Assembly: GCF_964355755.1 (NCBI RefSeq)
Contig: NC_092675.1
Span: 14,976,912 to 15,040,911, forward strand
Source of the DNA: Antedon mediterranea
Taxonomy: Eukaryota > Animalia > Echinodermata
Length of the DNA: 64,000 nucleotides
Direction: 5' to 3'
Below are positions 13,048-25,747 of this stretch, piece by piece. The notes under the pieces are model-generated. The model was not told where the DNA came from, did no database searches, and saw only the letters and a list, made by a program, of their open reading frames with translations. Each line of letters opens with the position of its first letter. Position 1 is the stretch's first letter. The translations under genes were made by a program, and so were the position numbers.

Positions 13048-14981
13048 TATGGGCGGCCATTAGTGCCAAAATAGACAAACGTTGCCGTACGAACAATTCC
13101 GCTCCCGTAAGGCAAACTAATGGCGTTAAAGACATAATTCCTCGAGTGACAAACAAATATTGCCGTACGGACACACAAACACATTGCCATATGAACAAAT
13201 TGCCGTATGGTTAAATTGGCGTAAGTACAAAAATTGGCGTAAGGACACAAATTGGCGTAAGGACAAAAATTGCCGAAAGGACAAAATTGCCGAAAGGACA
13301 AATTGGCATACAGTCTAACTAAATATAAACGTTGAGGGCAGCATAGTATTTTAAAACCACGTGACTGAAACCACTCTGTGTCCAGTCCTGCCAGGTATAT
13401 AAAATATACCAAATTGACTATTGAGAATTCTCAACTATTACCTCAGTACGACGAAGTTTACTGGTATATTCAAATAGGCTGATTTCCTTGTTAACTTAAC
13501 TTAAGGGGTTCATTCATTTAATTACTGAATTCTGATTGGCATGGTAGTAGGCCCTAAAGGAAATTTACTGGAATCCTATTGGATGGTAAGGTGGTAGTAG
13601 GACCATGTCCATCCCATTGCAGTAATAATAAAGTTGAGCCACCTGCGACCATTACAGTGTCTTACCATGCTAATGTAGGAGTGGGGAAATGTTATGCTTA
13701 CTACTGTTTCTTTCTTAATAATTTAGTACAATTATTAAGAATAAAGAATACACTTAACAATATAACAAATAACATTAATGTACGATGTTACAAGTTTAAC
13801 ACTGTTCTCAACTATAGTCATTTTGGTATACTTGAGAACATTGATAAAGAATAGGATAAACTTAACAATATACAACAAATAAAATTAATGTACGATCCCG
13901 TTTAACACTGTTCTCAACTATAGTCATTTTGGTATACTTGAGCACAGTGATAAAGAATAGGATAAACTTAATAAAATACAACAAATAACATTAATGTACG
14001 ATACCGTTTAACACTGTTCTCAACTATAGTCATTTTGGTATACTTGTCCAAGTCATATTCATCTAAAAGATAAATGCTGAGTAAACGGGACTAGTGGTCC
14101 TACTCTAACATCTGGACGACTAAGGAGGTACCCCAGTATAATCCCACTAAGTGACTACCAGGAGCAATCCGCCGTTTTCTCACAAATACAGTATCGAATT
14201 TCACTATAATATTAATAAATCGTAATTGAGTTACACTCAGATTTAAAAGATGAGGCTGAGTAAACGGGACCAGTGGTCATACTCTAACTTTTACTGGACG
14301 ACTAAGGAGGTACCCTAGTATAATCCCACCAAGTGACTCCCAGGAGCAATCCGCCGTTTTCTCACAAATACAGTATCAAATTTCACTATATATAAAAAAA
14401 CGTAATTGAGTTACACTCAGATTCAAAAGATAAGCCGAGTAAAAACGGGACCAGCGCTCCTACTACGTACCCTAGTATAATCCCACCAAAGTGACTCCCA
14501 GGAGCAATCCGCCGTTTTCTCACAAATATTTATTTTCTAATACCATAAAAACCATAAGTAAGACATGGCTTGACACAGGCCTTCAATCATCGATTATGTT
14601 TTTAATCCCCAGCAGGACTCTGGACACAGAGTGGTTTCAGTCACTTGGTTTTAAAATACTATGCTGCCCTCAACGTTTATATTTAGTTAGACTGTACGCC
14701 AATTTTTGTCCTTACGCCAATGTTTGTTGTCCTTACGGCAATGTTTGTCCTTACGGCAATTTTTGTCCTTACGCCAATTTTTGTCCTTACGCCAATTTTT
14801 GTCCTTACGCCAATTTAACCATACGGCAATTTGTTCATATGGCAATGTGTGTGTGTGTCCGTACGGCAATATTTGTTTGTCACTCGAGGAATTATGTCTT
14901 TAACGTCATTAGTTTGCCTTACGGGAGCGGAATTGTTCGTACGGCAACGTTTGTCTATTTTGGCCCTAATGGCCGCCCATA
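13048..14981. mobile_element. Foldback/MULE-like non-autonomous element with ~350-bp TIRs
   Basis: 13048-~13393 is the reverse complement of ~14611-14981, with 18-bp subrepeats AAAATTGGCGTAAGGACA; flanked by duplicated AAGTAAG(TA) at 13041 and 14982. Confidence 0.85.
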
Positions 14982-15415
14982 AAGTAAGTACACAGATGAT
15001 GTAAAAAAGAAACAAAGTATTTAAGCCATGGTGGGTGGAGAAGCAAACTTATCACATTTAAAACTAAACTCAAAACTCATCTCTTCAGAGAAGCATAATC
15101 ACACGCTATTACTTGCACAGATCTTGGAAAACACAGCGCTTTGAAACCTTTGTCTCTTGCGCTTTATAAATGTTATTTATTATTATTATTATTATTATTT
15201 CACTGGGATGTAAAAGTCATGATAAATGGCACCTCTAGTTGGCGAACGTTAGGAGGAAATCCCTGAAAATAAGGTACTTCCGGTACGGTAAACGATGAAA
15301 CTATTGTTAGATTAATCTTTTGTTTGTTAATCTGTTGTTATCATTCAACGTTATTTTCACAGGATTCTTGAATATATTTTATTTAAATTTCTCCACCGAT
15401 CAGGAGAAATGGAAG

Positions 15416-15650
15416 TGGAGTTGTGGCTTGGTGGTTGTGATGCTTGGCTACCAAGTACTCCAAGGGTCCTGGGTTGAAGTCCGGTCACATGTCAGGATTT
15501 TTTCTAAGGACAAAACTACAACTCCACTCCCAAAGAATTGTAATAAGACTTTAATTATGTAGAGCATCTTGTGTATATGTTTGTCTTGTGAACCTCTGAG
15601 GGTCCCTAATGATCAGCAATTGCTGGATGGATCACCCTCAATAAATATGG
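15416..15650 (+). mobile_element. Degenerate tRNA-derived SINE
   Basis: A-box-like TGGCTTGGTGG and B-box-like GGTTGAAGTCC, followed by a body ending in AATAAA. Confidence 0.5.
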
Positions 15651-16225
15651 TTAAAAAAAATCAAATTCGGCGCAGGCAGGGATTTCCCCTTGTACTGTAT
15701 AAACATGTGCACACAACATTTCATGTCACTGTGTCGTGTCAGTCCACCGTATGATTTTACATTTAGTAATCACGATCGTGACTAACGCATGCCTTCTATT
15801 GGCCCATCTTTCATCACGGTGAACAACCACGGAAAAATGTATTGTAATTTTGTCATGCATATACTTCTGCTAAATTTGTGACAAATATGTGGTCACGCAT
15901 GTGTATGTTCAAAATGCGTGTTTCATCAAAAATCATTTTGCAATGCCATGACCATACCACACGATGCGAGGCGGTCGGTAACTATGCTGTGTATTTGGCA
16001 TCTATTTAAAAACATTTTAGTTATTAATTCAATCTAAAACTGCTATTTTTCCCACTAGCACACAACTCAAATGTGCAGAAGTGCAATACAAGTAATTTGA
16101 CCAATAATTTTGCGATGGATCATCCTGCCACTTGCTTTGAGCTTTTCTTGTTCCCAAGTGGGAACCAAGGTTTAGATGTAAATATTTGTACACATCATTT
16201 TGTATTGAACAAACCATTCTTTTAG

Positions 16226-16451
16226 ATACATAATACTTGCATTTGCTGGCACCGTTCGACATGGCTTAATTCCCAATTTACTTGGTGGAGGCCAACATGC
16301 AAGATATAACTGTCGAGATGCAGTCTGGTGGTGGTTACAATGTATACAAGACTATTGCAGCATGGTTCCTGATGGTACACAACTTCTGAAATGTAAAGTC
16401 TCAAGGATGTACCCATCTGATTCTGATGAGGCTCAACCTGCTGGTTTTGTG
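16226..16451 (+). CDS. AGL: Glycogen debranching enzyme exon
   Basis: AG/GT bounded; [51 protein letters not shown]. Confidence 0.95.
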
Positions 16452-16674
16452 GTTTGTATAAAACATTAGATATGAAACCCTCCTTTATATTTACAGCCAT
16501 ATATTTTTTCACACCATGTTGAATCTTATGATGAAAAGCTAAGGTTCCTAGGACAAATTAACAGAATAGTAGTATACTGAACATGTCAATAGCCCATTTT
16601 ATCAATGGTAATTAATGTAATTACTAATGTTATTATTGAAGTTATTGAATGTTATGGACTCATGTATTTTTTAG

Positions 16675-16786
16675 GATCAGGAATTATCAGAAGTAATCCA
16701 GGAATGTTTACAACGACATGCACATGGAATATCATTTCGTGAAAGACATGCAGGACCAGGATTAGATATCAATATGTCAGACAAAG
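16675..16786 (+). CDS. AGL: Glycogen debranching enzyme exon
   Basis: AG/GT bounded; [37 protein letters not shown]. Confidence 0.95.
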
Positions 16787-16813
16787 GTACTGAATGTTAT
16801 TTGACAACAACTA

Positions 16814-17093
16814 TACTGTAAAGCAAAAAATGTTTTCGGCCCTTAATTTTTGCGATTTTACATTTCCAACTATTTCGTGACCTTTTTTTTTTGTCTTTTA
16901 TAATTTGGCGAACCAAATTGGCGAATGTATTTTTCCTCCGCGATGAACGTCAAACAACTGAATAGTGACAGCAAAATAAGGGATTTAAATAAAGGCATGT
17001 GTTTAATAGGCACGCCCTTTATTTTCGCGATAGTTGTTCAATTGCAAAAGTTGTGAAAATAAAGGGTGTGTGAACATTTTAGGCTTTACAGTA
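16814..17093. mobile_element. Tc1/mariner-type MITE
   Basis: TIR TACTGTAAAGC / GCTTTACAGTA flanked by TA on both sides. Confidence 0.7.
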
Positions 17094-17419
17094 TATGCCA
17101 ATTTTAAAGCTTGTTTGTTTGTTTATTGATTTAAAATTATATTTATTTTTCCTGTTTTTGAAAGAGTCACAGAAGAATGAAAATATCAATCTATGCACAA
17201 TGCATGCATTGCATTTATAGCAGGCTGCTTAAATGATTATAATCAACTTTTATTTCACATTTTTACCATTTACAGATAAAAAAGTTATCTCAATAGTATC
17301 ATAGTATCTAATTTTCCATAAATGCAGTTTGCGACCTTAAATTAGATCGTAAACACCTACAGTAGGGAACGTGTAATAATTTCAATGTAGCAATTTAAAC
17401 ACCAAAAACTCTCCTTTTT

Positions 17420-18780
17420 TATTGTGCGGATAACCCCTTGTTATTGTTAGGATCTTTTTTTTTTCTATCTTATTCTTTTGAATTTTGTTCGCAGCATATT
17501 TCTAATTCTGGCCAACATAAGATTGACCTTTAGCTGTAGATGTGCAAGAAACTTCATCATATGACTTTAGAGTCGCACAGCGTAAGTTATGCGCGATTTT
17601 ATGAATTTCGCGTATTTAAACATAGAACGAAAACCATATAACAATTAAAATTGAAACTTAGAAAAAGTGTCATTTATATCATGCGCTAACTTTGTGTGGA
17701 AAAAAAATAGCATGTTTCACACGTTTAAAATGCGAAAAATCAAATTCTAATCATGTCATTTTAAGCATGTAAAAATTTCCACGAGCGCACAAATTTGTAT
17801 GAGCGCAGTACGCACGTACCGTTAAAAACATCTTATTTTCACATGAATTATGTTTTTCCAAACTTTTCTAGTAATTTTACAAACTTTTGAACAATTTCAA
17901 CTTAAAATCATGTCATACGAGCACTTCGAATTAGACAATTCGCGCACGTTTTTGGTAAAAACCTTTTTTTAAACAGTCATAGATTCTAAACTACATGGTG
18001 AACTTTATGTTATGAGTTGTAGATATCGAATCATGCATCAATATGGCTAACCGGACATTGTGATCGTATGGTAACTCGAATATAAAATATAGGATTTTTG
18101 TCTCTTTCATCATAGCTCATCACATTTAATAGAGTGCATCTCCACACTTATCCGTATTACATTTTCCCCCATATTTTGATATTTTCTAGATCAATCAATT
18201 ATCTTTTGCACGATTTACCATTATAAAATTTTTGCAAAAGCGTGGTCACTTATTTTCATCATTCCAATAAATTTCAATTCGTTATAGCTCTTCAGAATGA
18301 AAAGTGATACTCATGATTAAAACGTTTTCTGGAAGCTGTTGAATTGTAGATACGAATTCATGTAAAAATTATTCGCATCCGATGTTGTGACGTCATCGTA
18401 TGGGCAGTTCAATTATAAAAGTCATAATTTCATATTTTGCGTCATAGTTCATGACATTTAAAAGAGCGCGCTTCCATATTCTACGTATCCAAATTTTTTC
18501 AACACGTTGATATGTTGTTGCTCAGATAATTTCCTTCCAAAATTGCTATCTCACATTTTGATGACGTCATGTTAAAAATTAGATTAAACGATGGGTCTCA
18601 TAATTTCATCTATTCTACACTGTATATAAAACATATACTGTTATAATACCGCTATGATATAGGTACAATTCAGCACTGTAAACATATTTAATTCATGTCA
18701 TAGGATGACGTTCATATAGTTTAACATATGTGCATGTTGCATTTCCGCGGATAACCCGAACTTGTCAATCTAGGTTTATT
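17420..18780 (+). mobile_element. Probable non-autonomous Helentron (HINE/DINE-like)
   Basis: GCGGATAACCC near both ends, T-rich flanks, degenerate 3' hairpin; 18355-18430 resembles the reverse complement of 34495-34570. Confidence 0.45.
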
Positions 18781-19003
18781 CTTGTGTTTTTAACTTTTTT
18801 ATTTGTATTTAATGTGATCTACTTGTGATACCAGTGGTGCAACAAAAAATAAAATAATTTTTTTTAAATAAAATTTCTTCAAACTAATTGTGTGACATTT
18901 AGTTTTTTTGGCCATGCCTTAACCTATCAATTGGAAAAGGAAATCAAACTTTAACAATGGAAATTAAAGCCTTTGATACACTATGACTGGTTTGGTTTAA
19001 CAG

Positions 19004-19139
19004 GATTTAATGTCTCTGCTGGTATCGATCACCAAACTGGCTTTCCATTTGGTGGAAGTGAATGGAACTGTGGAACATGGATGGATAAAGTTGGAGAATC
19101 AGATTGGGCGGGAAATCGTGGACAACCTGCCACTCCAAG
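19004..19139 (+). CDS. AGL: Glycogen debranching enzyme exon (catalytic WMDK motif)
   Basis: AG/GT bounded; [44 protein letters not shown]. Confidence 0.95.
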
Positions 19140-19669
19140 GTAATTCAAAAACATCATTACCATGAAAGGATGTGAGAGCAGGAGACATGGTTTACTAAAT
19201 CCAAAACCCAGTTAAACATCATTTGCAAAATTATTTTTATTATACATGCTGATGCTTACTATCAATAGTTTAAAGGTCTGATGTCCGACTAACCAGCAGT
19301 TACTTTTAGAAAAGCTGCCAAGTCGCTGTCATTGATACAAATAAACACATGTTTAGAGCAAGTGATTTGCTTTTTTAAGTTGATGATCGTTTTTTTTGTA
19401 TTCCCAATATTTATTTGTCATATAAAGCTATCACTACTTATTTTCTAACTATTAGGATATTTTACACATTGTACACAGGTAAATGATGTACATCTGTACA
19501 TCAACAGTCCATATCCAACAAAACCATGAAGCATATTGTCATGCCCATGCAAACAGTTATAAATTATGCTACCACATAGAATCAAATAGTAAACATTTGA
19601 TGTTAAAAGTTAGTTTAAATCATCATACATTATTATTAAACCCAGATGTAGGCCAACTACTACTGTACT

Positions 19670-21560
19670 ATTCAATTTAATTCAATAAACATTTATTACA
19701 AAATCTGAATATATAGGATAACAAAGTATTATACATTTTCAGAAAATGAAGGCAAAAGCCCTAAAAGGTGTTGAGAAACATCTTGAGTTGGGTGAGCCTC
19801 GACAGAAGAAAAATCAAGTAAAAAAGAAAAGAAATGCATCTGAAGAAAATAATAATAAATTTCATAAGCTAAAATATGAATAACAGAAAAAAATAAAATC
19901 TGTTGGTACTGCAGATCGAGACATGACCGACTAATATATATTTAATAAGTTGAAAAAGTGTATTTTTTTAATTTTGAGAGAAGTATCTTTGGGGAAGCAG
20001 ATTTTAGGATGGAGGATGGTAGGTTGTTCCAATGGGTGGGTCCAGAGTATCGAATGTTATGTTGGAAAGAATTTGTTCTATGGGAAGGTATTGATCATTT
20101 ATTTTTAGTACGTGTGTGATGGGAATGATAGAAGGAATTGGAAGTAAATATATAACAAAGATGGTGAGGAAGGATGTTGTTTAGGGCAGAGTAGACAAAT
20201 ATGGTTTGTTGAATTAAATTAATATCATTAAGTTTGATGAGATTAAGATTTGAAAGGAAATGAGAGGAATGGGAAAGCGACGGCGTACCAGATATAATTG
20301 TAATAGCCTTCTTTTGGATAATAATAATAACTCAAATAGGGAAGAATCATAGAGCAATACAGGATGCGAAGGATATTGGGGGGTAAATAAGAAGATAATC
20401 GAAAAATAATACCAAGGCTTTTGTATATTTTCCACGTCAGGCCAGAGTCATGATGGACACCTATCAATTTAGCTGATTGAACAGAAGGGATGTTTATATT
20501 TTCTGTGGTAATATTGTATAGTGATGGGTCAACATTATTTAACTCCCAAACAGGATGAAGTTACATTTGTGTCGTTAGCGTATAGGGAAAGATAGATATG
20601 TTCATTAGACATCCATGATTTTAATTTTTTAATTATTTTTTTTTATTTTTCGAGGGGAAAGTGTTTATTATAAAGTGATTTAAATTTTTTTTTTATTATT
20701 TAATGCAGTGTTGGGATCGTCAGTGTTTATAACTTTAAGCCATTGTTGTGTATCCACATCAATGCGAAAGTTTTCCAGGGATGTATAGTTTATTTTTCTA
20801 AACTCATGAATCTCTTCCCTATTTGAGCCAGTTGAAACATTATTAATAAAGAAATATTGAAAACAGGAAGATCATCAGAGATATCACAATACAGTAAACC
20901 ACTTATGTTGTGATGATCAAACTGATTTGTAAAAATGTTGTCAAGCAGAGTAGCAGTGGTTTTAGATATACGGGATGGTTTGTGATTACATGGAAGGTAA
21001 TAGTTACTCTAAACAGTGAATTTATTTAATGGCGGGCTTCGTTATTAAATTCATATTTAAGAATGTCAATATTGAAATCGCCAAGGATATACACAATCTT
21101 GTTTCCTTTGGATAATGTGGAAAGAACAGAATCTACTTCATCTGAAAATGTGTTTGGGTCAAAAAAGGGGGCCTATAAACTGTTCCAATTACAATGTTTT
21201 TTAAATTTGGTCTGGTAATTTCGATAAAAATTGAGAGGGGTGTAGAGTCAAGTCATTTCTTGTAGAATACTGAAAGCTATCACGAATATACATGGCAACG
21301 CCACCATCGACTTTATAGGCTCTGTGATTTGCAGTAAAATGGTAATTTGGGAGCTGTACAAGAACGTTATCATATTTAAGCCAAGTTTCACTTACACCAA
21401 TGATTTCAAATTGATGCTTTGTTGTTTCTAAGAGTTGTTTAACTGATCAATGTTTTTAGGGATACTTAGAGTTAAAATGAATTGAAGAAAAGCAGTCAGA
21501 ATTAGTATTCGGGAATGAGTTCGGGTAGTAGGCCTACAGTAGTATTGAGATAAGTAAAGG
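19670..21560 (-). mobile_element. Internally deleted L2/CR1-group LINE
   Basis: APE motifs IIGVSETWL, GGVAMYI, LGDFNID, LLDNIFTN, ISDDLPVF; C-terminal KSLGIIFRLSSYLP..LYCSMILPYLSY; (TTGAA)n-like tail ~19670-19685. Confidence 0.75.
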
Positions 21561-22134
21561 TTGTTAGTGAAAAAATGTGTATCAGGATCAACATTAGTAG
21601 TAAAATTGTCAGAAAAAAGGGTGAAAAAATTAAGTTGGTTAGTCGGACACGTTGCGAGGTGCTAGAATTTAAATCATTTTTGCATAGTACATAAAAAAAA
21701 AATGTGTAAAAAAAAAACGGTAACAGTATACAACTTAACATATTTTTTTTAAAAGAGAAAACAAAAAGAATCAAAATTGTAATTTAACATTTGGTTAAAA
21801 TTAAGTTAACTGATATTGATAAAAAATATGATGTGATGAATAAAAACAAACTAAAAAAAATTGTTATTTTCCTTTCAAAAAGTATATAAGTTATCTTGAT
21901 GCTTGGCATTGTTTCCCTGGCTGACCACTTCCACTTCTCTTCTGTCCACTTCCTCTTCTTCATGCCTCTCATCCATGATCCAGCCACTCTCACCACTTTA
22001 ATAATAAAATCATTGTCAAACAAAAGTTAATGATGGAAATAGAAGTAATAATAATGAAGATTATCATAATAATGATTGATAAATGAAATTCGAAATTGAT
22101 ATAATGAATAATACTGTGCCTATATGTATTACAG

Positions 22135-22247
22135 GGATGGTTCTGCGGTTGAGATCGTTGGGCTATGTAAAAGTACAGTTCGATGGCTTAAGGAGTTGAA
22201 TGACAAGGATCAGTATCCATATAGCTGTGTACAGATATGTATTGATG
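22135..22247 (+). CDS. AGL: Glycogen debranching enzyme exon
   Basis: AG/GT bounded; [29 protein letters not shown]. Confidence 0.95.
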
Positions 22248-22476
22248 GTAACTACCACCACTCCATTCTTGAACATTTCGACATATGCAGGATATGTTAA
22301 TTATTTATATGCTTTTACTGTCATCAACAAGCAGAGAATCTAAGAGAATTTTTAACTTTTGCAGATTTTCTTTATATAATTATATAATTCCTACTGTTTC
22401 ATACTTGTTTTCTGTTTTTTGTTTTTTTTTCAGTTCTTTAACTTTAAAAATTGAATATGAAATCTGTTATTTTTAG

Positions 22477-22679
22477 GTAAACAGTGCTCTATGACATTTG
22501 CAGAATGGGACAAGAAAATTCAATTAAACTTTGAAAAGAAATTTTTTATTAATGAAAATGCAGACACTGAAGCTGACAAATTAATAAATCAGAAGGGTAT
22601 TTACAAAGACACAGTTGGAGCTACTCAGTTCTGGGCTGATTATCAGCTTCGACCTAACTATCCCATCACCATGGTTGTG
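22477..22679 (+). CDS. AGL: Glycogen debranching enzyme exon
   Basis: AG/GT bounded; EWDKKIQLNFEKKF..KGIYKDTVGATQFWADYQLRPNYPITMVV. Confidence 0.95.
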
Positions 22680-22956
22680 GTATGATCAATCTTTTATTTC
22701 TACTCTCATTTATAAACACATACAAATTGAAATATAGATTTCCTTATGAACAACAAAAATATGGTACAATTGTATTTGCTGCTGCTGCTGAATATGATGA
22801 TGATAATTAAGAATTAGTAGTATGATTTTTTCATCATAGTTTTAATTTAGTGGTAGAAGAGACTTAATTGAAATTTGAATGTCTTAATAATATTATACTA
22901 GCAAGGTCTTTTTCTGCCTTAATATGTTTTTATATATATACTGTAAAGTATTGGAA

Positions 22957-24475
22957 AAGATAAGATAAGATAAGATAACTTTTATTGATCCTCAAAAAGG
23001 AAATTTATTGCTCGTCATAATAACAAAGAAAACACAATAAAAACAAATATAGCATAAAACCATTCATATAAAAACATCTAAAAAATGACAAGATAAAATT
23101 ATCTTCTTGACTTCCTGTTGTACTGGATGATACCGGAGGGAATAAAGGATTTAGCAAATCGATTTGTTTTCACACTGAGGAGCCTCAATCTACCACTTGG
23201 ATTAAGTTGGTCTATGATCACTTTGTGGAGAGGATGAGAGGCATCCAACTCAATGCGTTCGAAATCTTTCTGGAGGTGTTCTAGGTGCACATCGGTAAAG
23301 GAAGGCAGTTCCAGACCAATCATTTTACCAGCCCGACGGATGAAAGTTTCAAGGCATCCTTTATTCCCTCCGGTAACATTACCAGCCCAACAGGAGAGGC
23401 AATACGTTTAAACACTACATATAACGGATCTATAGAACGAAAGTAACATCAAATCACAGGAGTTAAATTTATATAAAGTTCTCATACAATACATTCTGGG
23501 ATTTTTTGCTGATGAAGTCTATATGGTCTCCCCAACTCAGTTTATCATTGAAAACAATTCCTAGATACTTGTACTGGTCAATTTCTTTACCTTTGATAGT
23601 GATTGGTTGAAAATTAAATTTATGTTTAGTCCTAAAATCAATGATCATCTCCTTTGTTTTTGATGCATTTATTTGGAGATAATTATCGTCACAAAATTTA
23701 ACAAATCTTTGTATTTCGCTACGATAATTTTCATCATTGTTTGAAACTATGAGACCAATAGTACTAGTGTCATCAGCAAATTTAACAACGGGGCAAAGCT
23801 CATCATTTAAAGATCTGTAATCGGCCGTATACAAGGAATATAATTTAGGTGCGTTGACAGTACCCTGAGGAACACCGGTGTCAGAGGTTACGATTTCTGA
23901 CTTAACACCATTAATATTAACAAATTGTTTTCTATCACAAATGAAATTTAAAACTAAACGAACAATCGGACGGGGAAACTCCATATTCAACATTTTGTCT
24001 GCTAAGATATGGGGTTGTATGGTATTAAACGCAGACTGAAAATCAAAATACATAATACGTGCCGAGTGGCCTTTCTTTACATTATCTAGATGTGAATACA
24101 ATTTATGTAATTTAAAATAAATCGCATCACTGGTACTACGGGGTGATCGGTAAGCAAATTGCAACGGGTCTAAACCTTTTTCAGCATAAGGTTGCATAAT
24201 TTTTAAAATAATACATTCCAATATTTTCATCGCGACAGACGTGAGTGCAACGGGTCTCAAATCATTCATGCTGTTAATCTTAGGTTTCTTAGGTACCGGT
24301 ATTATGCATGAAAGTTTCCAAATATCCGGGAACGCATGATAAGAAAGACACATTGAAAATAAATGTAAATATACCATCAAGGTGAGGAGAGCAGACCTTA
24401 AGTACTCGTGGTGGGATTCTATCCGGCCCAGCAGCCTTCGATGAATTGAGTTTCATGAATTCGTTATGTACATCA
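22957..24475 (-). mobile_element. 5'-truncated Rex1/Babar LINE (RT domain to 3' tail)
   Basis: ORF 23469-24380: DLRPVALTS, DPLQFAYR, FDFQSAFNTIQPHIL, TGVPQG, KFADDT, YKYLG; 3' tail AATAAAG(TTATC)n at 22957-22990. Confidence 0.9.
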
Positions 24476-25260
24476 TAAATAAAACTACAGCTGCTTATGG
24501 ACTTGAAATCAACACAAAAACGTGCACATGGTGGTAGTCAAAACTAGATGATGCGCACAGGGCCGCGGACACTAACAAAAGTATAAAATATCAAACTATA
24601 TATTTTCGTACTATATTATTTTATATTTTTTTAATTTTTGTGGAAGCTTTGTTTTCAATTTATGCTAAATAAAATAGTGATGCATATGCAATGGGTCACA
24701 TTTACCTATAGATACAATAAAAATGTGGACATAAATCGAATGAAAAATACATTGCTGCAGATCTGGAAACATGACCTAAATCATACAAAGGGCCTTGTAT
24801 TGCTCACACATTTTTAATTAATTGTTTTCCGTAATTTTGGTGGTAATATGTGACATGGTAAGTTGTTTTAATTTGTTGTGTTTGTCAACTAATTTACATC
24901 TCTCTCCCCTGTCAAACGATAACCACCCGATCATAGTTAAATACATTTTTGTAGATTTTCTAAGCTAGGCCTAAAGTGTAATAATAACAGTAGTAGCATA
25001 TATTTATTTGAAATTTAATGAAATACAAAATTTAGTACAGATCATGGAGTCATAAATTATACTATTTTTATATCTCTATAGATAGATCGTATTATCGGCT
25101 TCACATACTATACTAAGCCTAGTCTAAATCATTTTTTTTTTATGGATGAGAGCCATTCTGACTATGGATTTCATGCCACGATGGCTACATTAAAACATTG
25201 GGACCCATGGGCCTAGCTAGCCTACTAGACAATTGCCCCATAAATAACAAAACTCAGTCA

Positions 25261-25499
25261 TGCATGACGATTGGTGTGTACTGCATGACGTTTGGTGTGT
25301 ACTGCATGATGTTTGGTGTGTACTGCATGATGTTTGGTGTGTACTGCATGACGTTTGGTGTGTACTGCATGATGTTTGGTGTGTACTGCATGACGATTGG
25401 TGTGTACTGCATGACCATTGGTGTGTACTGCATGACCATTGGTGTGTACTGCATGACCATTGGTGTGTACTGCATGATGATTGGTGTGTACTGCATGAT
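25261..25499. repeat. 21-bp minisatellite, about 11 copies
   Basis: Unit TGCATGA(C/T)(G/C)(T/A)TTGGTGTGTAC repeated head-to-tail. Confidence 0.95.
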
Positions 25500-25747
25500 A
25501 AATGTGAACTGAAGGCAGAGGAGGCGTTCCATAGAGTCGACCTTCAATCAAACACTGTACACCGTTCATGTTGCGATTATAGACGGGGTATACTCAACCT
25601 GACCAATTTGATATTGTATACTGTATCTGCTTATCACGTGACGATGCCAGGCATGGTGGGCAGAGAGCACGTGTATAGTCATCTCGCTCCTCAGCAGGAA
25701 TGTACAGTATATGTTACGCTTCATTGATTTTGAAGGCTTTTCCCTAA

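Noticed and set aside
13011-14982. Cys/Tyr-rich repetitive ORFs (CPYANF repeats)
   Set aside because: They are translations of the 18-bp subterminal repeats in the TIRs and appear mirrored on both strands.
21784-22023. Purine-rich 79-aa minus-strand ORF as a captured exon
   Set aside because: No recognisable domain or convincing splice context.
25198-25727. Repetitive ORFs or CRISPR-like array
   Set aside because: Contiguous 21-bp tandem units with no unique spacers, in a eukaryotic context with no cas genes.
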